This document shows, one piece after another, positions 63,076 to 64,000 of a stretch of DNA of 64,000 bases. Under the pieces are notes generated by a model. It worked only from the letters and a program-made list of their open reading frames with translations, made no database searches and was not told where the DNA came from. Origin of the DNA: Vicugna vicugna. Taxonomy: Eukaryota. The position numbers were made by a program, and so were the translations under genes. Numbering within the stretch: position 1 is the stretch's first letter; each line of letters starts with the position of its first letter. The stretch spans positions 1,282,963 to 1,346,962 of the forward strand of contig MU058781.1 in assembly GCA_013265495.1 (NCBI GenBank), given 5' to 3'.

Positions 63076-63559
63076 AAACTCTTAACTAGGAGCCATCACT
63101 GCTCTGGATGCCGCACTCATGGAACCTACCCATATCCGTTGCTCAGCACAAATCTTCAGTAAGCCCAGTTGCGTTTATTGCAGCCCTTGGTGCTGCTGTT
63201 TCATCATTCCTTTTTATTTTTATCAGCTACGTCTGAGTTCATCAGTACACTTACCAGGTTTCATCCTTTTGCAGGGATACCCTGATGACCCGAATGCCCA
63301 TTGCCAGAGGTAAGAAAAAGAGTCAGAGGCTCCACACGAGATTCGGGAAAGAGTGCCTGGCTGTTGATGGCCCCAGGGCCCTGTTGGAGGAAAGTGTTTC
63401 AAAAGAATTTAATCTGTAAGTTCCCCAAACCTTCTTGGATAGACCCAAAACGGTGTCCTGCAGCAGGGCCTTCTCTTTGATGAGGACCAGCCTCATGGGG
63501 GACAGTCGAGCACCTTCCTCCCTAACCTCTGAGTCACCCGCTGAGGCTGAGAAAGGCTC

Positions 63560-63712
63560 CAGCTTTCTGCACCCTCTGTTTCTTCATCTGTACATGGGGG
63601 ACGATGATAACCCTTCGATGAGAATGATAGTAACAGCCGTAACCGACATTACTCACTGAGATGTGGACAAGACTTAAGGCAATTTTCTAAAGTATTTAGT
63701 GCCATGAAGAAT
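63560..63712 (+). mobile_element. MIR fragment
   Basis: 'ctctgtttcttcatctgtacatggggacgatgataa'. Confidence 0.6.
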
Positions 63713-63896
63713 ATTTAGAGGCCAAAATGAACATGAAGAGAATGGTAAATCTTTTCTTTCTCCCAAGGCAAGACTGCAAGAAAATTCTTGTCTCTGTTTC
63801 AGCCACTCCCCTGTGTTAAGGCTCAGCTCTCTACATTCCCTTTTGAGAACCCCAGAGAACATTCTGGAATGCAATTATCCCCACTGGGTGAAATCG

Positions 63897-64000
63897 GCAT
63901 AACAGAATGACAGATGGAGGGACATCTTAGAGCTCTAATCCAACGCCTTGATTTTACATATGATCAGCTGAGAGTGATCAGTGTTATCTGGGTTACCAAA
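63897..64000 (-). mobile_element. MIR3/MIRc fragment
   Basis: 'cataacagaatgacagatggagggacatcttagagctctaatccaac...attttacatatga'. Confidence 0.55.

Noticed and set aside
1..64000. CRISPR arrays, operons, prokaryotic defence systems, rRNA
   Set aside because: The sequence is mammalian, with no repeat-spacer array or gene-dense coding structure.

Overview
This is mammalian genomic DNA, not prokaryotic. It is most likely from a camelid (alpaca/llama/camel), judged from five tRNA-Ala-derived Vic-1-like SINE copies and artiodactyl-type L1 3' ends. No intact protein-coding gene is visible. The ORF track is explained by decayed LINE-1/L2/CR1 sequence, microsatellites and chance ORFs. A large fraction of the window is interspersed repeat (L1, L2, MIR, CR1/L3, MLT LTRs, MER5A1, MER104, camelid SINEs). 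The rest looks like large introns with several conserved-element-like and enhancer-like blocks. The most interesting signal is a chain of well-formed minus-strand exons (61930-61812, 44090-44022, 22889-22825). It looks like a multi-exon 5' leader or lncRNA of a gene I cannot name. Splicing the first and last exon builds two overlapping small ORFs, and the middle exon would truncate both. There is also a 243-bp polyadenylated insert with a target-site duplication, resembling a retrocopied mRNA 3' end, inside an old L1. Repeat family names come from recall of consensus sequences, not from a search, and most boundaries are approximate.
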